DNA of 64,000 bases from the human T2T-CHM13v2.0 reference genome, Homo sapiens. The number at the start of each line of letters is the position of its first letter. Position 1 is the stretch's first letter. Below the pieces are notes generated by a model, which searched no databases, was not told the DNA's origin, and saw nothing but the letters and a program-made list of their open reading frames with translations. The stretch is taken from the NCBI RefSeq assembly GCF_009914755.1, contig NC_060937.1; one strand, given 5' to 3'. Below, piece by piece: positions 45,251 to 58,869 of the stretch. A program made the position numbers and the translations under genes.

Positions 45251-45572
45251 GGCCGGGCACTGTGGCTCATGCCTATAATCCCGGCACTTTGGGAGGCCGA
45301 GGCAGGCAGATCACCTGAGATCAGGAGTTTAATACCAGCCTGGCCAACATGGTGAAACCCCGTCTCTACAAAAATACAAAAATTAGCCGGGTGTGGTGGT
45401 GTGCACCTGTAATCCCAGCTACTTGGGAGGCTGAGGCAGAAGAATCACTTGAACCCGGGAATTGCTTGAACCTGGGAGGCAGAGGTTGTGGTGAGCAGAG
45501 ACCGTGCCATTGCACTCCAGCCTGGCAACAGACTGCGACTGTATCTCAAAAAAAAAAAAAAAGAAAAGAAAA
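45251..45572 (+). mobile_element. AluS with an internal ~17-bp duplication
   Basis: GAATCACTTGAACCCGGGAATTGCTTGAACCTGGGAGG. Confidence 0.95.
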
Positions 45573-46049
45573 GATCTGAACAGACATGTATCAAAATAAG
45601 ATATACAAATGGCCAATAGGTATATTTTAAAATGCTCAACATCGCTAATATCAGAGAAATACTAATCAAAAACAAGGAGATATCATGTTATCCCAGTTTA
45701 GATGGTTTTATCAAAAAGACAACGAAAAATGGATGCTGGCGAGGTATGGAGAAAGGGGAACCATATATGTACTCTTGGTGGGAATGTAAATTAGTAGAGT
45801 CACTATGAAAGGACTATGGAGGTTTATCCAAAAGCTAAAAATAGAACTACCATATGTAGTTTCACTACTGGATGTGTAGCCAAAAGAAAAATCAACTTAT
45901 TAAAGAGATATCTACACTCCATGTTTACTCCAGCACTAGTCACAACTGCCAAAATATGGAATCAACCTGAGTGTCCATCAGTGAATGAATGGATAAAGAA
46001 AATGTATACCTACAAATGGAACATTATTCAGCCTTAGAAAGAATGAAAT

Positions 46050-46367
<318 letters not shown>

Positions 46368-47291
46368 TCATTTTCAGCACCATGGCTGGAACCAGAAGTC
46401 GTTATGTTTAGTGAAATTAGCACAAAAAGTGAAATGGGCACAAAATTTAGTGAAATGGGCACAAAAAGATGACTATTGCAGGTTCTCACTTATATATGGG
46501 AGCTTAAAAAAACGTGGATTTCATGAAGATAGAGAGTGATTGGAGCTTACCAGAGGCCAGGAAGTGTAGAGGGAAGGGGGGAAATGAAGATTGATTGATT
46601 AATGGGCACAAATATCAGTACAGTGACTACAGTTAATATTAATCAATTGTACATTTCTAAAGAGCTAGGAGAGAACAATTTGAATGTTTCTAGAGTAAAG
46701 AAAAGACAAATATTTAAGGTGATAAATAATTACCCAAATTTGATATGAATATATCAAATTATCACATACACTGCAAAAACATGTACAACTATGTGTTAAT
46801 AAAATATAAATCAATTTAAAAAGAAAAAATATGTATTTTGATAAAATGTGTAATATATTTGGCAACTTTAAATAGAGGGCTACACTGGTAAACCTGAAGG
46901 AAAGCAAATTTACCATGGATTTTGTGACCTTTCCATACCATTTTGATGGATAATTTGGGCCTTCTAATCCATAAGTTGAGAGAAGAACATCAATTACCTG
47001 TAGGCTCATACAGATCACTCACCTTGCCCAGGACGCTGCCTCCAAACAGGTAAGAAACATATATCACAGAAGGGCATGATTACTGGCATTAACATCAGCC
47101 AATGGCCAGGAACTTGATCCAACATATCCTGGCTATTCTCTTCCTACTCTAATGAACACCTTCCTACTTATTCATCCTTCAAGGTTGAAATCAATGTCAC
47201 CTTCTTTGGAAAGCTTTCCCAAGCCTAATTAATTACTTTCTCCTTTATGCTTTTAAAGCACTTCTACCTATATCTGTAAAATAACTTAATC

Positions 47292-47747
47292 CAGTAGCTT
47301 TCCCCTTATCTGTAGTTTCACTTTCCACAGTTTCAGTTACCTGTGGTCAGTCATTGTTCAAAAATATTAAATGAGGAATTCCAGAAATAAACAATTCATA
47401 AGTGTTAAGTGCTATCTTATGATGCCTGTGACATTCACCTCACTTCATCTCATTACATCAGCATTTTATCTTCTCCAATCATCACAAGGAAAAGGGTGAG
47501 TACAGTACAATAAAATATTTGGAGAGAGGCCACATTCACATAGCATGCAGGATTGTTATAATTATTCTGTTTTATTATTAGTTACTGTTGGTTATCTCTT
47601 ACTCTGCCTAATTTGTAAATTAAACTTTATCATAGGTATGTACATATAGGAAGAAAACATAGTATATTTAGGGGTTGGTACTATCTGCGGTTTCAGGCAT
47701 CCACTGGGGGTCTTGGAATGTATGCCCCATTGATAAGAAGGAACTGC
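47292..47747 (+). mobile_element. MER44-type Tigger element
   Basis: CAGTAGCTTTCCCCTTATCTGTAGTTTCACTTTCCACAGTTTCAGTTACC...CAGGCATCCACTGGGGGTCTTGGAA. Confidence 0.85.
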
Positions 47748-50700
47748 TTTATTTATATCTCTGCATGATCTCTAACTGCCTGAGACTCAGAGACAAAGTC
47801 TAGTTTTCTGTACAAGTCTACCTTCTAGCATAGTTTTTGGCACTTGTGACTTTTCCCTTTCATTATAATCATAGTACTTCATCTTATGGTACACATATTC
47901 TCTCATCTTTTAAAGTTTTTCTAATTTTCATTTCTGTGAAACCTGCAAAGAAGTGTAAAAGATCACATGATCAAGGACACAGTGAATAGACAGCCAGCTT
48001 CCCATGCCTCTTGAAATCTTTTAGAGAGAAGTGAGAAATTTGGTAAGTCAGAGAAACCTAGATTCCCAGTCGCAAGTCTTTTATAGAATTAGGCAGTATG
48101 GGGATCACTGCTCTCAGGTGCAGGCTATTACTATGTGATCCTTGCTGTGTCTAAATTCCATCCTTCCATAGTCAGTTTCCTATTTCATCTAGCTTACAGC
48201 AGGCCTACCATCACTTACTATATTACATAGGTTCTAGCATGCATACCAAATACTTGTATTTTGGCTTCAGTTTTCACTTCTTTCCAGTTGTCTAATTTGA
48301 TGGTTCAGTAATTTCTTACTCCTCTACACCTTAAACAAGTCACAGCATGCCCTTCTAATATTCCCATAGTGCAATTCCTATGCTTTACCCAACTCATCAG
48401 CCTTTCTCCAAAGCTTTGTTGAAGCTTCACTTGGTCCTGGTTTAAATATGTATTGCTGAAGCAGAATGCTTTGACCCTACTAGGTACTCACACTCACTCA
48501 AATACCCTTTGCTCCAATAAATAAATAGGCCCAACTTTTTTGTCTCAAATTCATAACAAATATTCTGATAGAAATAACAAACAAGAAAATAAAACTTACA
48601 ATGGCTGAATTTTACCTGGAGAGGACAGTAAAGAATCATGACGTCTTTGTGAAAACAACAGTGGCCCAGGGAAAATCAGATCTTAGTAAAAGTAATGAAC
48701 ACAAAATAGAACTTACACCAACTAAAACAGTAACAAGGTGTCATTTGTTGTGGAACACAAATTGACAGAAGAATCAAAGCTTGGTACTATTTAGATCATG
48801 TACAGTGAAATTTCATATAATTAATGGCCAAACGTACGCATTTATAATGGTAGAATTGTAGTTGATAATTCTTGTCTATAATTGATAAAACTTGATATGG
48901 GCAAAAAGTTTTCCATGAATCAAACCCCTATTTAATTTACAGAAAAATGATAGCATTGGAGCATTTTAGAAAGATAAAAAATGAAGGTGAACAAAAAGTG
49001 AAAATGGTTCAAGTGCATTGAATAGACAATTCATCTAGTAGTTAAATTCATTTAATGAAATTCACTCTGGAATATACCTTTTCCACAAAAATTCATCTAT
49101 GTCAGTATACTTATTGAAACACTTGTAATTTTAAGCATGGGGTCAAAACATCTCCATGTCAAAATAGCTGGATCAAAATGCTGTTTGCCCATTTCATGCC
49201 AGAAGTTCCTCCATTATAACCACTGATGCTTCCCTTAGAAGTCTGTATGTAAATGATTTGGGACTTCACTGGGCCATATGTCACCATTAATAACAGAAAG
49301 TGTTTGTGGGTTTGCTTTTCTTCTTTAGAAAATGAAGAGATTGTTTTTATGGATAATGGTATTTAGGGATTTTTTTTCTATTGTTTAAATTAATAGTCAA
49401 TATATTTTAAAGGATTAGGTGTTGGGGAGGAAATAACAGGAAAATTAAGTTTACTCTGCCAAACAGGCATTATCCCTGAGAAGTAGTTCCTTCTTATTCT
49501 GCACTATAAATCCTTTTATCACCATGTATATTTCTACAGGGGCTACTGCTATCTTGCTTTGGTAGTTACAGTAAATCAAGATAAAGACACCAGTCTGCTT
49601 GGACTTGTGGAGAGGTAGCAAACAGGTATGGAAGACCTGGAATCGACTTCAGAAATGCTCACGATGCTTGGGTACCCTGATGTGGTACTACCTAGCCTAC
49701 TTGGGTCAAATGACTTTTGCAAAATTCTATAAGATACTTAGCATTCTCCTGTGGCAATTATTTGTTAACAAAATGCTGGAAGGAAGAGCTCTAAAGATTT
49801 TCTTAAATATATCTGTCCCAGGGATATCAAATGTTTAGGAGAAATAGTGTAGTAACAGAGGTAAGCTATCAATTTAATTTCACTTGACATCTAATCTAGT
49901 TGTGTTACCATGATGTTCCCTGACTACGTAGGGCTTCTGCCTGCCATTGGACACTAAATAATTAAGAATTAGTTTCTTGGGTTGTTGATTATATCAGAAA
50001 GTCCCAGGTTATAAACGGGATTAAACAGTGAACACACTAAAGGTATAAAGTTATTTATTCAGTATATTTATAAGGCCTCAACATAATTTATAGAATTTAC
50101 ATTTAGCTATGTATTTATCCAAGAGAGATTTGTTAACCTACATTTCAGAAAGATTTACTAACTATATGTGTACATCAAATTCAAAGTAGGCTTATACATT
50201 TGAGCTTTATATTGGACAGAATTATTCTAATGACATAGTAAGCTAGACAATTGAGTTCTCCTATAGAAAACTTATACTTTTTTAAACTACCAATAACCAT
50301 TACCCTATTAAAAATGGCTTCACAAATATGACAGTACAGGAGAAGACTCATAGGAGAACTTCTCAGTGGGTAGACTGGCCATTCTGATCTGAGTGCAAAT
50401 AACACCAAGGCAGAGTTTACTTAAGCTTATGTCTATAAAATTTAAGTGTTGAAGTGGGAAGATATTAATTTATATGCATGGCCTGTTAAATGGCTAGTTT
50501 AGAGCTATCAAATAATCTTGTATATGATGTTATACTATGTTATTCTTTGTGAAAAGGTAATAAGGACAGTGTAAATTTCAGGGCTACTTCCTACTCATAC
50601 CTTGTTGATAAAAATGTAGATTGGTTGAATACTTCGAAGAGCAGTTTGGTAATATTGAATATGAGCTGTAAAAATACATAACCATTGTAACATGAAGACC

Positions 50701-51207
50701 TTATGTAAATTAACAAGAAAAACTCATCTGCAGTAAGCCTTATCGAACCCCTTGCCTGGGCTAAATGCTCTATTCCAAATAAATAAATAAATAGTTTGTA
50801 ATTAGAGGAGGGTTTTTATGTTCAATTGTGAGATCAATCTTTAAGAAATTTTAAGGATTTAATAGTCTTATATAATTAGAGCTTGAAGTTAAAGGGAAAA
50901 GATGTTAAATGAGGTGAAAGTGAGCAGAAAGAAATCTTCTGCATATAGAGGTAACATCTCAATCAGAAGAAAGAAGGTTAAAAAAAGACCCGCATCAGTT
51001 AGGAAGTGGTAATTACACTAATATTTCATTATTAACTTCAATCGTAATTGATTGACTTTTTTGACTTACTGTTGTGATGAAATGGCAACAGAGTAGATTA
51101 TTAACTTTCAGACAGAAATATTAATTTTCCCTTTGATCAATAGCTTAAGATAGAGATAAAATAAAATGAATAAGGAGAATTATGCTTGTTCGTGTTAAAA
51201 ATTTACT

Positions 51208-51420
51208 AACCAGCAAAGGCATGAGAATGATATAACGGACTTTGGGGACTTGGGGAGAAGGGTGGGAGCGGGATGAGGGATAAAAGACCACATATTGGGT
51301 ACAGTGTACACTGCTTGGGTGACAGGTGCACTAAAATCTCAGAAATCACCACTAAAGAACTTATTATCCACGTAACCAAAGACCATCTGTACCACAAAAA
51401 CTAATGAAATACAAAAAAAA
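51208..51420 (+). mobile_element. Short 5'-truncated L1PB 3' end
   Basis: GGACTTTGGGGACTTGGGG...GGGTGACAGGTGCACTAAAATCTCAGAAATCACCACTAAAGAAC, A-tail, TSD AAAAATTTA. Confidence 0.9.
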
Positions 51421-51899
51421 TTTATGAGCCAAAGGGAAATATCAGTGTGTGGCTATATTCTAAGTACATCCAGTTTAAAGTAATGAATATCGTTTCTCAT
51501 CTGACCCATTTAAAGCTGGGCTTCCATGTGCCACTGTGTATCAATAAAGGCATCTATGAAAGAGCACGGGGGAGGAAGTCAGAATCTCTAAAAACTAGCT
51601 ACTCATTCTCATGTACAAGTTAGATTATTTGGGGATTTGATTTTTCTATCCATTGTGTAGTCATACCATTTATGTTTTAGATATTAATAAGCAAAACTTT
51701 GGACATACCAGGACACTCATAGATGATTTAAACTTTGTAATTTATGTTACCCATTTGACCCCCATTCAAAGACTCACTAATGAACTTTTAACCCTTAACT
51801 TTTCTTGGCAAGAGCATTATATTTAAACTGGAAATGCATAGAAATCATCATTGGAACATTTATAAGGATCATTCCTACTGTAATTCGCTAACAACTCAC

Positions 51900-52560
51900 T
51901 ACTAGGTGGATTGCTTTTTGTTCAGTTTTGCTCTTTTCTGGTTTACTTCCAACCTGTTTACTGAGACTGTCTTGGTAATGCAAATCTTTCTTCTTTGTTA
52001 GTCCACAGACAGTTTGCTCATTTCGGAAGAAAGCTCCTGACTGAGGTTCTTTAGATGCGTTTAACGGAGGGACAGCTGTGCAGAAGCATCACTGTCTCAC
52101 TCTTTTCCAGACTGATCAAATGAAGCGTCTGTCATGTCACACATATGGAGTTCTCTACCAACAGCAAAGGCTATTTAGTCAAGGTTAGAAACAAATATTG
52201 TGTTGGATTTTTGCTTATGATATGTTTTGGATTTTTCTTTGAAGCTCTGATTTGAAAGATATACAGAAAGATATGGCTTGAGGGAGGAAATATGAATATT
52301 ATCCTCAACTACTCCCATGTTCATACCATCCTGAGAGTTGGAGGCATCATGCTGCACCTTGGGTATCCTTGAGGAGAAATCCTTTGGTAAAGACTCTAGT
52401 CCTATGGATTGGCAGAAATTCCCAGTCTGGTGTCTGACAGCTCCTCCTGTGCACGTTTTGAATTTACTGGGCATGTGTCAGACTCCTGAGGGGAAGACAT
52501 CTCCTGCTCTCCAAAGAACTGAGATTCCATCACAACGGATTTCAATTGTTCGAGAATAAC
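51900..52560 (-). pseudogene. Coding-like block with frameshifts/stops (possible decayed large exon of an unidentified gene)
   Basis: Three staggered open frames rich in S/K/E/Q in non-repeat sequence, ending at donor GTA|gtgagt (51900/51899). Confidence 0.35.
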
Positions 52561-53521
52561 AAGTAGAATTACCTTTATTTTAAGTTGGCTTGGCAATTAT
52601 AATTCATGTTGTGCCCTATCACAATTATCAAAGTGAGGAACTCCTCACAAAGTAAACAAAGGTCTTTCAATCCATAAAATTAGTATCTCAATTCAACTTA
52701 TTTTGAGTTTATTTATTTTGCTTTTGAGAACAAAATGTCTAGTGTGTAGATAGTTAAAAATTAAATGCAGTAGCTATTTATAATGCCTGCATTTTTCTGC
52801 ATACCTTATGCTATATATTAGTTACATAACTCAAATACTCAAGTCTAAGAGTCAGAGTGTTGGAAGGGACTTGGTCTGTACTTCTGAGTCTTCTGAGCCA
52901 GCAAGGCCACACTCTTTCCCCATCATTGCCTTGCCAGCAGTTATTCTATATCCTATATTCAAGTTCATCAGATAAAGAAACTTGAACAGTTTCTAATGAA
53001 GGAGAGCAGGCTCAATATCCTGTCCCGCTTTCTAAGAGGTGAGTGTGCTATGCAGGGTCCAGGGATGAGATGTAGCCTGCTTTGTACCAGATGCCTGTCA
53101 GTCACAGAAATAACTGCTTGCTGTTTGACTATATGTATAACTGGATGCTATGAAGTGGAGAATATTTAAGAGGACCTGAAACCATGTCTCTTCTGGGACT
53201 TAAGAGTGTGTGGGCTTCTGAGAGCAGAGGAGGTACCAAGAAAACCCCACTGCAAGGATAGCTGTGAAAGAAAATAACCAGGGAATTTGCTAGGCCAATG
53301 TCCTCAGGACCTTAAGTTAGCAGTGTGTGGGAAACAACAAAGCCTGGTAAATATTAATTAAATTGCACACCAGAAACAGAGATAAAGAACTATATATTTG
53401 CTTCAATAAGCAAGCACCTGCAAGATTTCTTGTTTTCTGCCTGCATAGTAGCATCCTAATCGTCAACCATCAACTGTCCCTAGTCTCCCTTTCCAGGTAC
53501 CAGAATTTCTTACTTATAATG

Positions 53522-53910
53522 CGTTAAATCAAGTTTAGCCTAAAGTTGCCTCCTTACATATTTTTGAGTTCAACCTAAACTTTTCTCTGTACATTGTGAA
53601 TTATAACAAGTGGAGGTGTAAACAGACTGTAGCCTACACTTGTGCCAGTCACTGAGTTTTGGCCAATCAAATGTAGCCAACTGTTCGAACCATGTTCAAA
53701 TAAGGCAAACACCAAGATGTAACCAATCCAGCTGTTTCTGTACCTCACTTTCATTTTCTGCATGTCACTTTCCTTTTTCTGTCCATAAATCTTCTTCCAC
53801 CACGTGGCTGTGCTGGAGTCTCTGAGCCTACTCTGGCTTGGAGGCTGCCCAATCCATGACTTGTTCATTACTCAAACTCTTTTAATTTGTTTGAAGTGTT
53901 TCTTATATCA
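53522..53910 (+). mobile_element. MER57-type ERV1 solo LTR
   Basis: GTTAAATCAAGTTTAGCCTAAAGTTGCCTCCTTACATA...TAAGGCAAACACC...GTAACCAATCCAGCTGTTTCTGTACCTCAC. Confidence 0.85.
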
Positions 53911-53986
53911 AATGCAACTTACATTTTCAAATGGCATTGGAATACAAACTATTTTTTCAAATATCTTTTATACTATGTTCTAAATG

Positions 53987-54308
53987 CAGCCAGCCCTCTG
54001 TATCCAAGGGGTTCCACCTCCATGGATTCAACCAACCATAAAAATGTTCAGAGAAATCATTCCACAAAGTTACAAAAAGCAAAAACGGAACTGGATACAC
54101 ATCAAGTATTATGTTTAATCCACAAGAATTAAGTGATGTATAGGCATTATATTAGGTATCATAAATAACCTGAAGATGTTTTAAAGTATATGGAAGGATG
54201 CACATAGGTTGAATGAAAATACTAGGCCAATTAATATAAGGGACTTGAGTATTTTGTATCTGTAGGGGATCCTGAAACCAGTTCCCCTCAGATATCAAGG
54301 GACAACTT
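53987..54308. mobile_element. MER2/Tigger3-type DNA element
   Basis: TIR-like CAGCCAGCCCTCTGTATCC...GATATCAAGGGACAACT; internal CATGGATTCAACCAACC. Confidence 0.8.
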
Positions 54309-55729
54309 TAATGCACAAGATGACCCAGGATATATGTCTTATTTCTACTTTATTATAACAATTAAGAAATCATGGCTTGGTGGCCTCTGATCTCTTTCAC
54401 AAGTTAAAATGTGATCCTTCAGGGCTCTACATGAAAGGTGATGGTGATGTGGGTTCCTTCCCTAATTACAGGAACAGTCTAGACTACGGTAGCCCCAGAC
54501 AACTACGGAGATGTCTAGATAATGCATTTACCTAAGAAAACATCTCAGCTCATACACTATAAACATTAAAATTATAAATTATAATTGATATCTATATAGA
54601 AAAAAGTGTTACTGTTTGGATTCACATAAAAATTAGAAGTCCATGGAAAACATGTGCTCTAGTTAAGTATCTGATATCGTACATACCAACCTATCTATTT
54701 AAAGATCTTAAAAGTATGAGGCCCATGCACCATTGTATTGATGCTGTATATATGCAAAATATGAAAGTATTTATTCCATTATAAACTATGTAACAATATT
54801 ATTAAAGTCTCCATAAGGCTAGGGATCCTGGTGGACTAGACAGATAACACAAATTACATGGCTCAAAAGCTTACACTTGGGTGTACAAAAACACCTAGTT
54901 TTCCTGAAAATCCACTGCACATTTCTGAAACAATCAGACTATATTATGGTGACAGATATTAAGGTTCTGTTGGTACATGTTTTAAAGTAAATAGGTATTC
55001 AGGCAGAGAATGTTCCAGGGAGTATAAGCAGAAAATCTATAAATCATCTCATAATAATGTTAAATTTTATAAAGAAATCAATTATTTCTTCCCTTGTTCA
55101 ATTGGGGAAACTGGATTCAAGAAGTATCTAGATTCATAGGACCGTCTCGCTGGGTGTTACCTTTATCTTACCACCAGTATCCTGTGACCCTGTCTTCAGG
55201 CATTTAATTCCCAGAACAAATTGTGTGCACTGGTGAACATGAACAAAAGTTTTACAGGTATTTTTATAATATATTCAAAAATAACACATAAAACTGTGAT
55301 TTCAGAGTTACTAGCTAAAGATAAAATTAAAAAGAAAGCTTGAAGCTTGTCCTTAAAAAAATGAACAATAGTATAGATGATACAGGAGTGTGACAAAAAT
55401 CATGATCCTTGCCTAAAAACATGACAGAAGTTTGGAAAGCAATGGAAGAGAGGCATACAGGGGCGCTGAGTGTGAGGAGCTGCGGATGTGTCTTGCTTCA
55501 GTGTATGCTGCAGAAATCTATAATTAGTGTGAAGCACTGTCAGAGTACATCTTCAGTAGTAAATGTTATTCTTCCTAAACTGCCATCAAGTTTGTTATAT
55601 TGATGTGGAATATAAAAATCGACAAACTTTTTAACACATGAGAGAACACAGTAAGTGAAAGTATGGATCATCTCACTGGGAGGATTTTGGAGATTTAGAC
55701 ATCAGTTAGACCATTTCTAGTATTTATCA

Positions 55730-56092
<363 letters not shown>

Positions 56093-56253
56093 AAATATGG
56101 GAAAATAAATGAAAAAGAGACAAAATATAGTTGAAATGTGTTCCCCAACTTGCTTGAATTGTTTACTTACTAGGGATGCAGACTTAAATAGCATAATTTG
56201 TTGTTATACTCTCAACCTAAAATCAGTTTCACAGTGATGTTATATGCATCTAC

Positions 56254-56557
56254 TTTTTTTTTTTTTTTTTTTTTTTTGAGACAGAGTCTCACTCTTTTGC
56301 CCAGCTGGAGTGCAGAGGTGCAATCTTAGCTCACTGCAACCTCTGCCTCTCAGGTTCAAGTGATTCTCCTGCCCCAGCCTCCTGAGGAGCTGGGATTACA
56401 GGCACATGTCACCATACCTGGCTAATTTTTGTATTTTTAGTAGAGATGGGGGTTTCACCATTTTGGTCAGACTGGTCTCCAACTCCTGACCTCGTAACCT
56501 GCCTGCCTCAGCCTCCCAAAATGCTGGGATTACAGGCTTGAACCACTGCGCCCGGCC
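56254..56557 (-). mobile_element. AluS
   Basis: Poly-T followed by a dimeric Alu. Confidence 0.95.
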
Positions 56558-56784
56558 ATACCTACGTATTTTAAATATATTCGTATATGCCTATAATATG
56601 TAAAAATGAACCCCAAAGATCCTGATATAATTTATCTAAAATATAATTGTCTAAAATATAATTTGGACAAATTATTTTACCATGTAAATGACTTCATCAA
56701 TTTTCAGATATCCTGCCCACATTGGCCAAATTCTACATTTTGTGGGGAAAGGGAAAAGAAGAAATAGACATAGAGATGGCCAAG

Positions 56785-57221
56785 TGCTATGGTTTGGATA
56801 TGGTTGTTTTCACCAAAACTCATGTTGAAACTTGATTTCTGCTGTGGTGATGTTGGGAGGTGGGGCCTATGGGAGGTGTTTAGGTTGTATGGTCAGATCC
56901 CCCATGAATGGCTTGCTGCTGTCATTGCAGTAGTGAATGAGTTCTCACTCTTGTGAGACTGGATTAGTTCTTAGGGGAATAGATGAGTTTCCTTGAGAGT
57001 GAGTTGTTGTAAAGCCAGGACGCCACTCAGGTTTCCTCTTCTTTGCTCCTGTGTGCTTCCCCTTTGGTCTCTGTGGCACCACACAAAAGCCCTCAAGATA
57101 AACCAGGGCTATGCCATTGAACTCAGCCTGCAGAACTGTGAGCTAAATAAGCCTCTTTTTATTTATAAATTACCCAGTCTGAGGTATTTTTGCTATAGCA
57201 ACCCAAAACAGACTAATGTAC
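56785..57221 (+). mobile_element. MST (MaLR) solo LTR
   Basis: TGCTATGGTTTGGATATGG...CAAAACTCATGTTGAAA...AATTACCCAGTCTGAGGTATT...CAGACTAATGTACA. Confidence 0.9.
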
Positions 57222-57573
57222 AAGAAATTTGCAAAGCCCCTCTCCCTCTATGCCAGACACTTGCCTAATAATGTTCAGGAATTATATGTAATGTATACAA
57301 GCTGCAGTAAAAACAAAAAAAATCTATATGGGACTCTTTAACTGCAAAGACCTTGAGATGACACATCTTTTTCAATGTATTTTGATTTTACTACAACAAC
57401 TAGCTCAGAGGGAGCTTTATAGGGAGCAATATTACTCATTAACTCTTTGTTGAATGAATTAATGAACTAGTGAGTGGATTAATAAAATTAGGCCAGTTAA
57501 GGGAACACACTGTTTCTACGCCAGTTGGCTATTTTGGGTTTAAATATTTTTAAAATTACTGTTGGTTCTGCTC

Positions 57574-57875
57574 TTTTTTTTTGAAACAAGGTCTTGCTCT
57601 GTCACCCAGGCTGCAGTGCAGTCGCTCCATCATAACTCACTGCAGCCTTGAACTCCTGGGCTCAAGCAGTTCTTCTGCCTCAGACTCCCAAGTAGCTGGG
57701 ACTACAGGAGTGTGCCACCATGCCCAGCTAGTTGTAATTTTTCTTTTTTTTTTTTTAATAGAGACAAGGTCTTGCTACATTGCCCAGGCTGGTCTCAAAC
57801 TTCTGGGCTCAAGCAATCTTCCTGTCTCAGCCTCCCAAAGTGTTGGGATTACAGGCATGAGCCACCATGCCCAGC
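57574..57875 (-). mobile_element. AluJ
   Basis: CTCACTGCAGCCTTGAACTCCTGGGCTCAAGC. Confidence 0.94.
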
Positions 57876-58869
57876 TTAACGCTTCTCTCTTGAAGGCTGA
57901 GAACTAATAAATTAATCTGCCTTTGATTGGCTAATTTTCTCAATAAGAAAAACAAAAAACCACATATCAGTCATCCACATGCCCATCTCAGTAATTTATT
58001 CCCCAAATATTATTATTCTCAGTTACAAAATTTCAGAGGAAACTTAGTTTTTTCACCAAAGATAGGTGGGGTAAAAATAATATAGTGTGAGGGATTTCAA
58101 TTAGACATATTACAATATTTAATTAGACATTTTAAAACCATATAATAAGGTATGTTCATAGTAACAAACCTTAATACAGTTTGATAAAATTTTGTAAAAT
58201 CCTCTTCCCTGGAAGTCATTATAAAGGCATTCTTAGTGATTTTAATAACTTAATGCTTTAGTTTCCGGTTTAAAGCCACCAGCTGTCTAATGACAGCCGA
58301 ATGCACTGATCTTTAAAAAACTCCCTTAAAGTTTTATGATTCAATAAACACAAGACCTAGCATTTATTTAGGATTTCACGTTTCACAAAAGCCCTTTTAA
58401 AAACATTTTTATCATTTAATCATTACCACAATCCTAATTAGTATGCCTAATTATGTCCATGTCTTTACTGCAGAAACTTATTCTTGATTGAGTGATTTTC
58501 ATAATGTACTACAGATTTGTGCAGCACAGACCTTGGATTCAAACTAAACTTAGTCACATCCAATTACATCATGTTTTATCGTGTTGCTGATAATCATGAT
58601 GGCAACCACCTCTACTCTACAGAGAAATAAGTTCACTTTAAGACAGGCTTTCACTGTTTAACAGGTTTTCCCTCAGCTATAAATAGCATAGTACAAAATT
58701 CCATTCTTTCACATTGTTGCACTTAAAAGATCAAGTCTTATCTGGTATTAAAAAGGGAAAGGATCTGCCTTTTCCTGTATGTAAATTTTATCTGAATGAA
58801 AAGATTAACAGAATTATTAATAACCAATAATGCTATGAGGTAAAAGCTACTCAGTAATAGGAGTTATTG

